Source: Vermamoeba vermiformis (lineage: Eukaryota). From it: a stretch of 64,000 nt of DNA. The notes under the pieces are model-generated. The model saw nothing but the letters and a program-made list of their open reading frames with translations. It was not told the DNA's origin and ran no database searches. This document shows, one piece after another, positions 39,011-52,310 of this stretch; the first letter of the stretch is position 1, and every line of letters begins with the position of its first letter. Location of the stretch: contig JBEWZL010000098.1 in NCBI GenBank assembly GCA_045837725.1, positions 62,001 to 126,000 on the forward strand, given 5' to 3'. Made by a program: the position numbers and the translations under genes.

Positions 39011-39875
39011 TTATTTAGTTTTTAGTGGTTTAACGCCTCTATTTGCCAGTAGTCGGTACATCCACTTTAGACTCTGGATCACACCGCGATTCGCCTGTGA
39101 CCTCTGCAGATAAGCTTCTGATGCTATGAGTGATAGTACCCACAATGAAGGTGCTACAATAGCTAAGGATTCACCTACAGACTTGGTTGGATCCAGTACG
39201 CACAACAAAGCAGTCGCTGGACGCATTAAAACAATGACGTACGAGATGACGTAGGCTCGTAACATCCATGCGCGATGAATGCTGATATTATTATGGTACC
39301 GCATATTGTACCATCCGAGCCAACACTAAGGATCGTTAATAAATAAATAATAATTAAATTGGATGTGGCTTACGCAAAGGATCCACCAAGCGAAAAACAG
39401 CATTCCAAAGTACGATAATGACTTTCCGCCGTGCATCTTGCCAGAAACAACAACCATCATGCCACCAATAACGGATGCAAGCATGCTAATTAAAGAAATC
39501 GTTCCGAGAATTCTGTGCATCTGCGGACTCTTCGTACGAATGGACGAGAAGAACTGTAGAGCGCCTAATATGAGCCAAATTGATCCAGGTATTGCGTGGA
39601 CGTAGAATCCTCGTCGCGGCAGAGAGTCTGGATAGACTTCTTTTGCGTGGTTGACTGATAGCGACGACATCCACAAACCAACGTAAAATGTTGTGAATAA
39701 TATTGCTACTATTAGCGTAGCCCATCGCGGTGCTGACCTTAATATCAATCGGAGTTTTAGCAGAATGTTAGCACTTCTCGATCGAACAAAGGATCCTACA
39801 AAAAAAATTAGAATCTGCGGGATTTTGGCATTATATTCCACTTATAACGTACCTCGTGTTGTATTCATCTTGCAT
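39011..39875 (-). CDS. DUF2306-family membrane protein
   Basis: FYVHAIPGSIWLILGALQFFSSIRTKSPQMHRILG ... NISIHRAWMLRAY. Two short introns. Confidence 0.8.
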
Positions 39876-39938
39876 AGTAATTTAGAATTAAATCTCCTGT
39901 CGGGCAATTTTTAAATTTGGTGCCAACGACGTGTCACG

Positions 39939-42575
39939 CTACTTTGTTCCATAAACGGCAAATTCACACCGAGCGGAAGGAAACTCGGCAAAATAGTCCT
40001 TCAATAGGAAGTCATTCTCGGCTGCAATTTTGGAAGCAGCACTCAGCTTCTGTGGACAAGCGAGATCGAGCTCCATCCAGATTTGAAACCAACGGAACGG
40101 ATCCGGCTCGCTCTGCACTACATGCCAAATAACTCCATAAGGCCATAATATAACCGGCTTATTTTCATTGCTTTCGTATCAGTCCTTTTGAAATTTCGAT
40201 TCGGCGAGCAGTCAACCAAAGTTTAAGTCCCCTATTAATAGGATGGTATTAAAATCCAATAAATTATAATTCTAAGAGATGTATTAAGTAAATTTACCTT
40301 ACGAAGGGTACTATTTGATGGTAAGACATTTTTCTTTTTTGAGCCTCGGCGAATGTTACGGGTAGATCTTCAATAAGATGCCACTCAATGTTCTAATAAT
40401 AACAAAAAATATTAGCAATAATACGGATGAGGTAATATTATAAGTTATAGTGCTTAGGTTTGTATCCAATGCTAAAACTTGGATTCGAATCTAGATCTTA
40501 GGAAATTCAAATTTTACGTACCTTAATTTCTTTGCGAGTTTGAGGTTTGAACGGATAATTAAACGGTACATTTTGCACGATGAATAAAGTGCGCGTACGA
40601 GGACCTGATTGGACTTTCAAACAATCATCGGTACGAAAAAGACCTGTAATATCAAACCCTGTCTCTTCTTTGGTCTGCAATATACGAATAATAGGTACAC
40701 TATTAGTATTTAAGAATAATATTACTAATTATAGGTTTTTTTGAGTACCTCTCTAATGGCACAGGTCGCTTGATCTTCACCTCGTTTCATTTTTCCTGAT
40801 GGAAACATCCAAGATGATTTTCCTAGAAATTAGATTGATTTATTAATTGATAGTCTCGTATTAAGCGATGCTGACTAATTTATGGTTATATGGTGAAAAG
40901 TTAAGGATCCGATCTGGATGTGGTCGTACTTACCATACCAACTGGTTACTAGCAATACTTTCTCTAATGTCGGGTTTACTAATATAGCTCCACATGTCTC
41001 TAATTGGGCTTTGTATTCCTTAAAATTCTCAAGCACCAGCGCGTAATCGCTGCTATTGATAACAGCGAAATGATACGCCGCTAAAAACGACACATTTTGC
41101 AGCACTAAATATAATATATTAGTAGTTTAATTTAAGGATGCTAATATAGGGACTTACTTTGTTGGGTGAATTGTTCGAAACTGACGCTGACAAGTTCAGG
41201 CCACACAGTTCTGTAAATATCGATATAATACCAGTACGCCTCTTCCATGTCCATCAAAATATCTTCAATTTTGTTCGAAGTTGAAGTGTGGCGCAAAAAA
41301 TACCTGATCAGCAAAAATATCAATGACTCATCCGTGAAAAATTTATACGAATTGTTCGAAATTAGTTTAAATGCAATGAATGTTACGTACTTGGCGAGGC
41401 ATTCAAGCACAGCCACCAATGGTGGCGCAGGTTTGGTTTCGTCAGCAGGAATCAACACCGACGCGAGTTCGTCAGTTGACGCGTCATCATTGCCGTTCGT
41501 ATGTGACTCATCATTAAGATCAATTGACTCATCGAGAATACCTTCCTTCTTGTCTTCTTCGGGTTCTTCATGTGCCGGTTCCTCTTTTACTTGGACCAGT
41601 ATAGGCGCGGGAAGTGGCTGCTCAACGGGGGTCTGGATCTGCGGCGGTTGAGGGCTAGGAGTTGTTTCTTTCAATAGCGTTTGCAAGAAGTAATTAATAG
41701 ACGTATTAAATGCCTTATTAGTCTCGTCGTCGCAATCTGGCGCGAGATTTTTGAAAGTAATCAAAGCCAGATCTTTCATCCGTTGAAGACTAGTCTCGTC
41801 AAGTGCTTGTGCTTTTAGTTGATATAATTTGCTTGATGTATTATTAGTGTTGTTATTATTACTTGGCATATAAGGAGTATTGTTATTGGTAGTTTTTGTG
41901 ACGACTCCGTTCGTCGGATATTGCAACATTTGAGTGACATTTTGGCCTGGTTGGATCTGCCCGATTTTTGCACTTTTCTTCTGATTATCACTACGGCAAT
42001 ATTAATAATTATAATTCCGATATAACAAGCGTTCACTTACAGCTTATTTTTCTGTCCAATCATTCCTGGCCAAAAAAAAATTAGTTAGATATTTTATTTG
42101 CGTCGTATACTTGCACCATATAAATGAAATTAATTAATGACTTACTATTTGCAGCTTTTTTAGTTGGTAAAACGCTGACTTCCCAAGTATTCTCATTGTA
42201 AAGCAATGTATTGCCCTTTTTAAAGTTTGGCGAGGCGATAATAAGGTCTTTAATAATCGCCTCAACGGATCTAATGTCTGTATATTTGCCAGGACCGAGA
42301 TATTCCACTACTTTTTGCGTGAGGTGGCTGGATGGAGATCGGATGTCAAAAATGTTCTGCAAGTAATTTTAAAATTAGCTTTTTGGTGCGTACCTGATAT
42401 GTAGCCTATTTTTATTATGTGGATCAGCTCTGTATAATTTCCAGAGCGCATCTCTGACTTTATTCAGCATCTGCCCTTTAATTTGTTTGTACTCTCGGCT
42501 TGATTGTCCATAGTTATGTTCTGGATAATAAATATGGTTGTGATGCCCATATTGCGTGTGATTGGCTTCACTCAT
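39939..42575 (-). CDS. DCP2: Dcp2-like mRNA decapping Nudix hydrolase with long N-terminal extension
   Basis: Box A: MEEAYWYYID; FKEYKAQLETCGAILVNPTLEKVLLV; WMFPSGKMKRGEDQATCAIRE|TKEETGFD (Nudix box); FKPQTRKEIK|NIEW. Confidence 0.8.
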
Positions 42576-42688
42576 CGCATTGATCGGTCTGTTCTGTTTG
42601 TCAAATCTGTTCGCGCGACTGAGTTCACTATTGTGCTTGATTTTGACTTACGCTTTGTTTTTTCTAAAGTTTGTTAGCAACAACACTC

Positions 42689-44307
42689 ATGGAGGGCCAA
42701 TACGGAGACCTAGCAGTCTTCCCTAAGGAATTAAAGTTCCTCATTCTTACGCAGCTGGATGCGAAATCTTTGGGACGAGTGATGCAATTAAATAAAGCAT
42801 ACTCGACGCTTCCCTCAGAGTTAAATATATGGAAACACTTTTGTTTAACCCAATGGAACCTTCCTCTGGATAGTAAGTACAATTTTAATCAGTAGCCAAA
42901 ATAATATCCTTTGCAAGTAATTATTAATTTAATTAAAAATGCACAGATATTTAACAATATATTTTCGCAAATTATGACCATCAGGATTAACAGATTTTTT
43001 TCATACAGAACTGAAAAAGTTGGATTCGATCGCTTCAAACATTAACTGGAAGCGTGAATATCGTGTGATGGTATATTTTTCAAATAGAATATTCCACAAT
43101 GAACTTGTTATTCGTGCTGAAGACCGTGAAGAGATCAAAACTATAGATGAAGATCCCAACTCGTTACACTACTATGCAAAACCGACTACTCCCGAGAGCG
43201 ATTCTCTAATATCCTTTTATAACACCATACAATATTATTACAGATAATAATAATGCCTTATTATGAATTATTTGAAGTTTTTTTGTTTTATTTAACTCTT
43301 GTGTGGCACGCAGTTCAGTCAAAGTTCAAGCTCTATCCATTGCCTCTAGTCAACTTTATGGTATCATATTATGAAATAACCATCGAGAACTTTAACGCTG
43401 AGCATCCGTAAGTCCTTAGCATAACTACTCTTTGTGCATAAAATCCACAAAGTGTCATATCCAACAATCCTAAAAATGTTTATTTTCTTAATTTTTATCT
43501 AGTGTTATCGGCATTGGTTTGGCCCTTCCTAAATATAAAAGAGCAATGCCTGGTTGGGGCAAAGACTCGTACGGCCTTCACGCAGACGACGGAGGATTTT
43601 TCAATCAACGTCCCTTCGGCATTACTTTCTGCGAGCCTTGGAGCTCTGGCGATACATGTACGAAGTGGCATAAGTATTATATAGTATTTATGGTGATCTA
43701 ACGTTGCTTTCGGTAGTCGGTCTCGGCATCAATTACGCTACAAAACAGTTGTTTATTACTCGCAATGGTACCTTGATGGGAACGCTTGGAAAGAAGCTGC
43801 GCAATTTGATGCATTTGCACGCGACCATTGGCATCAATTATTTGGACAACAAATGTCGAGTCAATTTTGGTCAAAAGCCGTTTGAATTCAATCTTGAAAA
43901 TTACTTGAAACAACTTGACGCCGATGAAAATATTGCCGCTAAATGGCCTCAAAAGCTGTACAGTCAAATCAGTAAGTTTTCTAACACGTGACATGACACG
44001 TGTCAAAGTGTCACTTGTCAAGACTGTGGCTGACCTGTACATGATTATAGTTCAAGAATTCGAAGAAATGTTGATTGACGACGAGGACCCTGACGACGTT
44101 GAAGCCGAATTGATGGGCGCACATGATTACTATGAGCACGATCAGGACGACGAGGACGGACAAGTGCCAGCCGAACCTATTCCGATTGACTTCAGCCAAT
44201 CGGCTGATAGCATGAACGAAGAGGCTCAATTGCAACATATGGGCATTATTATTGAAGAACTGTTTAGTATCTCGGAAGTGCTTACCAATGAAGAGACGCA
44301 TGAGTAA
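42689..44307 (+). CDS. F-box + SPRY (B30.2) domain protein
   Basis: VFPKELKFLILTQLDAKSLGRV...IWKHFC; YYEITI; IGIGLA...MPGWGKDSYGLHADDG...VVGLGIN...FITRNG...VNFGQKPFEFNL; acidic tail. Confidence 0.85.
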
Positions 44308-44516
44308 GTCCCGCCAAAAAATATTGAAAAATAGATATTTCATGAAAAGAATCTTTATTTATTCGGGTCTAAATATTAATTTTGGCATCATCAGGGCCGT
44401 AGCACAAAATCGACCAGAAATTAGGAAACTTTTCTCTTCTCTTGTAGCGGATCTGCAGTTGGTATGTAATTGTTATTGATGAAAAAATAATATTAACCAA
44501 CGTTAAAATGTAGCCT

Positions 44517-45824
44517 ATGAATGCTGAAGGTCCCTTAGAAGAATTGCATATTCAATTGACTGAAAGCGTGTACGCTATTTTGGGCTCGTATTATGTCGAA
44601 TACCTCACCAAAGAAAAAGCTATTAATAAGGCTAAAGCAGAAAAAAATCCGGATGAAGTGCGTATTGTATTCATTTAATTATATTATACTAATTTATTAT
44701 CATAGAAACTTCATACTACTGAAGAAGCTCGTCGCAATCACGACATTAATTTGGCACTTTTGATGAGTACGCAGTAATTCGTAGAAATTAATTTTTGTAT
44801 TCTAACTTTGTTATATTAGACGATCAATCGTTCCCCAATGACCATCCGTTAGTTGTTTATTGCGCTAATTTCCTCTCAAGAAATTTCCGCATCCAGATGC
44901 CGGACCCAGAACACCCTACTGTGGATGATAGAGCGATGTTAGGCTTGCGACAAGCAACGGCTTTATTCTACAGGTACATAAAAGGCAGCTACATTTGCAT
45001 TATTAATACTAATTTCCTTATTTAGAAATCGTACCAATAAAAACGATCAACAGCGAGAAGCCCGCAAAAAGAAGTACGAAAAATTGCGCGAGAAGAAACG
45101 CAAGGACTTTAGAGATATATTCGGCGAAGATGCATTCTATGATAAGACCGCTGAACAAACTCTTCAAGCTGGCTCGATCCGACAATCAATGAACGATGAA
45201 GACAAGAAGGACATCAACGCAGCTGAAGACTATTGCAATACCTACCTTTTTGGTACTATCTTGAAAGAGACTGATGATGATCAACAAATATGGAGGTACT
45301 TGTCTTGGTGGTATTTTGCCGCTGAAGAGCCGCTCGATCCAAAGGCTTCAACCGAAGAATACATCAAACAATGCTTTGCTGCTTGTAAAAAGCGCGTAAA
45401 ATATTGGGAAGAAGATCTTGCACGATTCAAGAGAGTCGTTCGTGGCAGTTTGTTGATCCTTCAAGATCCGGATTTGGATTTAGAAGGTCACAAATTCGTG
45501 ACGATGCTGCGTGCTTGGCGCATATTGTGGGGAATATCCGATGATAACGTACAACCGACGCTTCGCCAAGTCCACAACAGACTCGTTGAAGGCTTAGTAA
45601 AGCTCTCTAAGGATGACGATCTCTTAGTCAAGTATTTAGAAGCCTTAAAAGCAACTCAGCGAATTGAAGATGATGAAGACGAAGACGAAGAAACCTCTGA
45701 CGATGCAAAGAAGAAACAAAGCAGTGGATCCAGTTGGTTTGTACCAGCAGCGATTGCTACGGCTACTGCTGTTGCGGTCCTTGGCGCTGTGTTCTATTTC
45801 CGAAATAAGTGGCGTAAACAATAA
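44517..45824 (+). CDS. Hypothetical tail-anchored membrane protein
   Basis: Spliced ORF ending in an acidic stretch, then WFVPAAIATATAVAVLGAVFYF followed by basic RNKWRKQ*. Confidence 0.65.
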
Positions 45825-46064
45825 ACTAACTACATATTGAATGGTTATTTAACGATCATTCTTGACTTTTCCTTTAGACTATGTACATCCGCTTGCTTCT
45901 GACTTGATCTAATAAACAAAATCGCTGTCCTATATATTCGACTCGTTTATGATATATATCGCTTTATTTTACTTAACGTTTCGTTACATTATATTCACAA
46001 TTAGTTTTTTTTGAATTTGTTTCAGGAGTCAAGATCGAGTTTGCTTTTCTTTTCTGCAGCAAGC

Positions 46065-47671
46065 TTAATCTTTAAGTCTATAAATCTTCTTCTGCTTCAA
46101 CAAAGGATTGTTGCTAGTACGAGGAGGCGTGACCAGGTTCCAACCAAAGTCTTTGTAAGGATGATCTCCGTTCGCTCGAGCAGCCTTAGACTTCAAGCCA
46201 AACATCTTAGCCTTGCGCATAATCTTCCAATCTTTACGGCCAAATTTGAAGCTGCGAGTCTCAACAGCCCATCGGCCATCCTCTTTCGAGAACTTGACGT
46301 CGAATTGTTCGGTAAATCCAAGAGGCTGAAAAGGAAAAATTCATTAGTATTGAGTCAACTAAGACTTGATTGTATCTATAATGATCATATATAACCATTA
46401 TATGTCTTCATAGCGAATTAGGATCGCGATGAATGGAAATTATGGTATGCAGAATTGGTACAAAGAAAATTTGTAACGGCTTAGATCTCGTATGTAAATT
46501 AAATGTAACCAATACAACTCATAGGATATGACGTGCTATATATAAAATGAGTATAGGGGGTACTTACTGCTGACAAACTAGGTCTGATTTTGACAGTATC
46601 GAATACAGGGTAAGCTTCAATTTTAGCTTCGTCGTAAGGATGTTTCTCGTCGGGGAAGATCTATAAGAACATTATATATTAGTAATAGCACGCTATTATT
46701 CAATAAAATAATTGAAATTGAACGGATCTGACCGAACACGATCGGATCCAAAGAAAATTATGCTATTCTTTGAGAGAATCGCTATCAAATGTCATATTAT
46801 GCGCGACGCTGCATATGGCCTTATTATTTGTAAATAAATGTGTCATTATAGCTTTGTTTATAACGTACCAATAACTTGGAGAGCTGATCCCTGGCCAAAT
46901 TGCTCTTCGGCAACATGCCTTTAACTGCGTGCTTCAAAATTTCAGTAGGCTTTCTAACGAGCATGTCCTTGGCCTTAGTCTGCTTCAGACCACCAACCCA
47001 GCCTGTGTACCATCTACAAACAGATCATGCGTTACTAGCGAGTTCTCGGCAGGATTAACGTTTAAAAATATTTGCATCGCGTAATATTAAATAGGTATGG
47101 TAATATTAGCGATTAGATACACGCGCTAATGGCTGCAATTATTTTTCTGTGTGGATGCACTCGACACTTACTTGTATGTCTTATTTTCCCATCCTTTACC
47201 GCTGAAATCTACGTATTGTGCATTTTTAACAATAACATAATCTCCACAGTCCATATTAGGAACCCAGGTGGGTTTGTATTTGCCCTGAACGGATCGAAAA
47301 TTAATAATTATTTTATTAAAATATTATGACGTTCTAAACGCATATTTAAATAACTAAAATTCATTATTACATAGTAGGTATTGATAGTATAATTTATGGC
47401 GAGTATAAATTGGAAAGATAATTACCTGCAGCAAAGAGGAGATTTGAGTGGCCAATCTGCCAACTCTGTGATGCTTAGCATCAATAATATGCCACTTAGG
47501 AGCTCTTACAAGAGCATTCTACAATAATATCGTGTTAATATCAACTTTCCATTGGGCGTATCGATGAGTGAGTTCGACAGATTCGATGCGCGTTTATTGA
47601 ACCTCTTGTTGCTATCTTCAATAGTCACATATTATACTTACTTTCATGGGAATAAGAAGGGTTGAGCTCAT
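46065..47671 (-). CDS. MRPL13: Mitochondrial (bacterial-type) ribosomal protein uL13m
   Basis: Spliced: KWHIIDAKHHRVGRLATQISSLLQ|GKYKPTWVPNMDCGDYVIVKNA...|HTGWVGGLKQ...PTEILKHAVKGMLPKSNL...|IFPDEKHPY. Not captured by the ORF track. Confidence 0.9.
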
Positions 47672-47807
47672 TGTGGAGAGTGACTGTGACTTCCTTCTCT
47701 TCAATAAAAATAAAAAATGAAACGAGCAGATCCAGCGATTGTTTTTCAACACTGTACATCGACTATTTTATTTTACATTATTCACATACGATTATATACA
47801 CACGCTT

Positions 47808-48438
47808 CTAGTTCTTTCGAGCTTCGTTAATCTTTTTGCGCGCAGTCTGAGCGTTACGCAGGAACTGTTTCTTTTCGTTCTCCATCTGCGTTAGTTCTGT
47901 TTGCCATTCGTCGTAGAGCTTGGTGGCAGTATCACCTTCTTTAGTCTCGATGAGGGTATTCAACGAGCGTTGCTTGAGCATGTCTTCGAACTTGTCCAAC
48001 GTCTCGAGCAGAGATTGGTAATCCTCTGCAGAAGATGCCGCCATTAGTACAGCTTATCTAACGCAAGTATTCAATATTGTGACTTACTTTTAGCCTCTTC
48101 AAAGGAGTACGGATCACTCAAGGCCGTCAAACTGCAGCAAAGATATTTTGTTAGATTGGATTCGAAACTAAACAACAACTAAAAAAAATAACAAATATTC
48201 TATTATTACGCAAATAGTATGGTTTGCATCAGTTTAAGTCTTCTACACGAATTTAAAATTCAGGCAGTTAAAAAGCAATATTGCATCACATGCAAAAAGT
48301 TTTGAGCGTCACCAAAGCGAGCAGTAGCCGTACGCATGTTGCAAATAATACTTACATATTATCGAAGAACCCATTGCCTTGTGCCTGCAACTCGCTCAAT
48401 CGCTGCAAAATCGGATCGAGTTGGTCTGCATTCGACAT
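47808..48438 (-). CDS. Small hypothetical coiled-coil protein
   Basis: Spliced by eye: MSNADQLDPILQRLSELQAQGNGFFDN|...|...YQSLLETLDKFEDMLKQ...QTELTQMENEKKQFLRNAQTARKKINEARKN*. Start uncertain. Confidence 0.5.
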
Positions 48439-48637
48439 CTCCCAATAAACGAAAGGATATCACAATGTACGGATTGCGAATTATTACCCTTCGTATGTGG
48501 AGGATGTCTCCATATCATTCAAATAATACAACGATTTTTCGCGCGTGCTGACGTCGCCCAAAAAAAATTTAGCCTGAATAATTTTGCGTATTTTTTTTAT
48601 TTATTTTTTGAGCCCTACACAACGACTCATTAACAAG

Positions 48638-51600
48638 ATGGTCGAGTGCAAAGGAGTTTTGGTCTTTATAGGCCTTATCCTACTATTTACAGCGATTGTT
48701 TCAATTGTATCAATCTCAAAAGAAACAGTATTCGTGATCCCCGGATTTAACCCCAATGATTATGAGAAAGGAAGCGAAGTAGTGCTTAAAGTCAATAAGA
48801 TTACATCTAAACAACGTCAAATGCCCTTCAAGTACCACGACTTGCCTGTTTGCCTGCCCTCTGAAGCGCAAAAGGCCAAGCACCCAGTCGAATCTGAAAA
48901 CCTCGGAGAGATTTTAATGGGTGACCGTATAGAACCGTCTGCATTCGAGGTAAATATAGTAACATTATAGTAGTGAATGCATAAGGCTCTCGAAAAAAAG
49001 AATTAACGAATCAATCCAACTTTTCAAGAACAAACGACTAGCCAATTTCCGTGCTTAATTTATTTAAAAATTATTAAACCAATAATTGGTAATTATTACT
49101 CACTTCATTGAAATGATTTAAATATTTTTTCACCAATATCGAAATTTTTCCGTTATACATCTGTCGTCACACTTTGCAGTTTGATTAAGTCTATTTTATT
49201 AATGTATAATATTTAGCTAAAATTTGGCATAAATGAAGAATGCAAGGTTTTGTGCCCAAAGGAAGTGACTCCCGAACAAGTCGAAGTTTTGCGCCAGCGC
49301 GTGTCTGAAGAATCTCGCGTACAATGGTGCGTTATTGATATCTATATATACCACAATGTGATAATAATTTCGTATATATTTTTTAAAGTTATACCACGAC
49401 GTTTCTCCAAATCCCGAAATTTTGAACCTTTACATCCAAACTTTGACGCGTTAAAAATTCTTTTTTAATTTTATATTATCCAAATATTTAATTAGTCGAA
49501 CAATTCGCCTAATATTAATTTTTCTGCCTGCCGTGGACGCATCTAACAATTGGATCAATTTTTTAGGTTCATTGATGATTTGCCTGCTGCTCAGCGCGTC
49601 ACTAAGCAAAAGGGTGATAATGAATACATTGCTTATGAAATTGGCTTCCCTCTTGGCAAGGTAAAGAACTCATTACAAATGAATTTTTTTTTTGTAAGCT
49701 CCAGCATTCTAACGCGTACTATTTATAGTCTGAAAAGGGAGCTGATGGCAAAGAAATCACTAACGTGTTGCGCAATCACGTTCATTTGAAGATCAGCTAC
49801 ACTTCTAGCGGTGAAAAGACGAGCCGCATCGTTTTCTTCGAAGTTATCGCTGAAAGGTACGCAAGACTTTCATTGCTTATAGAATTATTAAAATACAAAG
49901 AAATGCTTATATTGTACTTAACGAGTCTTATCTAATCTCAATCTTCGTGCAGCGTTGATTACCAGAATGAGGCAGATATTGGCAAGCTTGAACAAGCTTG
50001 CAAGGCCCGTGGAAATTCCAAGCAGCCTCTTTCATTGTTGTCTTCGGGTATTAAGACTATTGGCTACACTTACACCGTCGAGTGGCTCGTAAGTATAATA
50101 TATAACTCGCGAGACTTTTCCTGGTACTTTTTTCGGTCAAATTTCTTGGCAGGAATTTTAGCTTTTTATCTATAAATCTTATTGTTAGTATGATATTAAT
50201 ACGATGCATTTTTAGAAAGTGGATACTCCTTGGGCCAACCGTTGGGACAGATACTTGAGCGTCAAGGAAGACGGACAAATTCACTGGTTCTCAATCGTCA
50301 ACTCGCTCATGATTGTCTTGTTCTTGTCCGGCATGGTCGCTATGATTATGATGCGCACTTTGCACGCTGATTTCAGGTACGTTAAGTGACGCTATGAAAC
50401 AGCTTTGTCAATCCCTTGAACAAGTTGCCGTGTTTAGTTCTTTGCAAGTATTTATTGAATCGGCATTGACTTTATGTTCTATTTTTAGACGCTACAACAG
50501 CGATGATCCCGAAGAGGCCGATGAGACTGGCTGGAAACTCGTGCACGGTGATGTGTTCAGACCTCCCGCTCATCCTATGATCTTCTCTGTTCTCGTTGGT
50601 TCAGGCATTCAAATGCTCGGCATGGTCATGGTTACTTTGAGTACGTACCTATTTTCCTTTTATGGCAATACTGTCTTAAATGGAGGCCTTGCAATCACGT
50701 GGTACTAACTTTTTCTACCAGTCTTCGCCGTACTCGGATTTTTGTCCCCCGCCAACCGCGGTGGTTTGATGAGTGCTGGTTTGGTCCTCTACGTGTGGAT
50801 GGGGTACGTAATACAGTTCACTGGTAATTACCATAAATGGAAACTAATAAGTGTCGTCTTTAGTGCTTTGGCTGGTTACTTCTCAACTCGCACTTACAAA
50901 ATGTTCAAGGGTCAAAACTGGAAGAAGAACACTTTGGCTGTAAGTTATATTGTCCTATTATAGTAATATCACGTGCCTAATAGCTATTTTAATTCATAGA
51001 CTGCCTTCGGTTTCTCCGGCACTATTTTCGGTATTTTCTTCGTGTTGAACTTCTTCGTGCTCGGAGCCAAGTCCTCTGCTGCCATTCCTGTCGGTACTTT
51101 CTTCGCCTTGTTGGCCTTGTGGACTGGTATCTCGTTGCCTTTGACCTTCTTAGGCAGCTACTTCGCTTGGAGAAAGAACGTAAGTACATCCGGATCGACA
51201 ACGCGTTTTTCGATTCTTTGAATAACCGCTTTCAATAGCCTCCAGAGCAACCTGTTCGCACTAACCAAATTCCTCGTGAGATTCCTGACCAAGTAAGTGC
51301 TTGTTCGCAAGATCTGAAGTATTTTCATGAACGGAGTCTGATCTTTATTTGTAGGTTTGGTACATGAACCCCTTCTTCTCAATCATGATGGGAGGTATCT
51401 TGCCATTCGGTGCCGTGTTCATTGAATTGTTCTTCATCTTGTCCTCGGTCTGGTCGCACCAATTCTATTATTTGTTCAGCTTCTTGTTCTTGGTCTTTTT
51501 GATTCTCATCATTACTTGCGCCGAGATCAGCATTGTCATGTGCTACTTCCAGCTGTGTAGTGAAGTAAGTTTTCTTAACAAGAACGTCAATACGCGATTT

Positions 51601-51912
51601 CTAGTAGCGTTTGCTCGTGCGCGATCGAGTTGATCCGGATGTACTGAAAACTAACGTAATTATTTTTTAATATAGGATTATAACTGGTGGTGGAGATCAT
51701 ACTTGACTAGCGGTGCTTCAGCCGTGTACATGTTCTGCTACTCGATCTTCTACTTCACTTACTTGGACATCACCTCGTTCACATCTGTCGTGTGGTACTT
51801 TGGTTACTCGTTAGTGATGTCTATTATCTTCTTTGTTATGACTGGTGCTATTGGCTACACTAGCAGCTACTTCTTTGTGCGCAAGATCTACAGCAACATC
51901 AAGTTCGATTAA
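48638..51912 (+). CDS. TM9/nonaspanin (TM9SF2/4, Phg1A-like)
   Basis: VNKITS...[91 protein letters not shown]-terminal KFD. Confidence 0.96.
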
Positions 51913-52310
51913 AATGTAAGAAGACAACTCGATCCTGGTGTTGTAACCAGATTTTTTTGTGCGAAACTTTATATTTTGATTTTCTATAATAAATGATCAT
52001 TTGTATAACCTTTTTTGGGTTTACGTTAAACCGTTTCTTGTCCGATCGTACGATCGTCTGCTTTTCGCAATCCTTACGTTTAGTACTTGCACCCTGAGAC
52101 GTAGGTAATCGGCTTTCGATAACTATTCGTTGACGTTCTGAGACGGAATACCTACGTCGCGTCAATCTTGTCAGAAAAAATTTGGAAGTTGTGCCGTGTC
52201 CCGTACTCTGTGCCATCTGCGCCAAAAAAACTTTTTTTAGTTGACGATAACGGTTATTGTTTTTAAAATATCTTTGGAACCAACACATCATATTAGTTTA
52301 ATAGTCAGCC

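Noticed and set aside
48336-48633. Small + strand ORFs with CxxC-like motifs (CTDC...CGGC)
   Set aside because: They overlap the antisense exon of the minus-strand coiled-coil gene and a promoter region, and there is no supporting gene structure.
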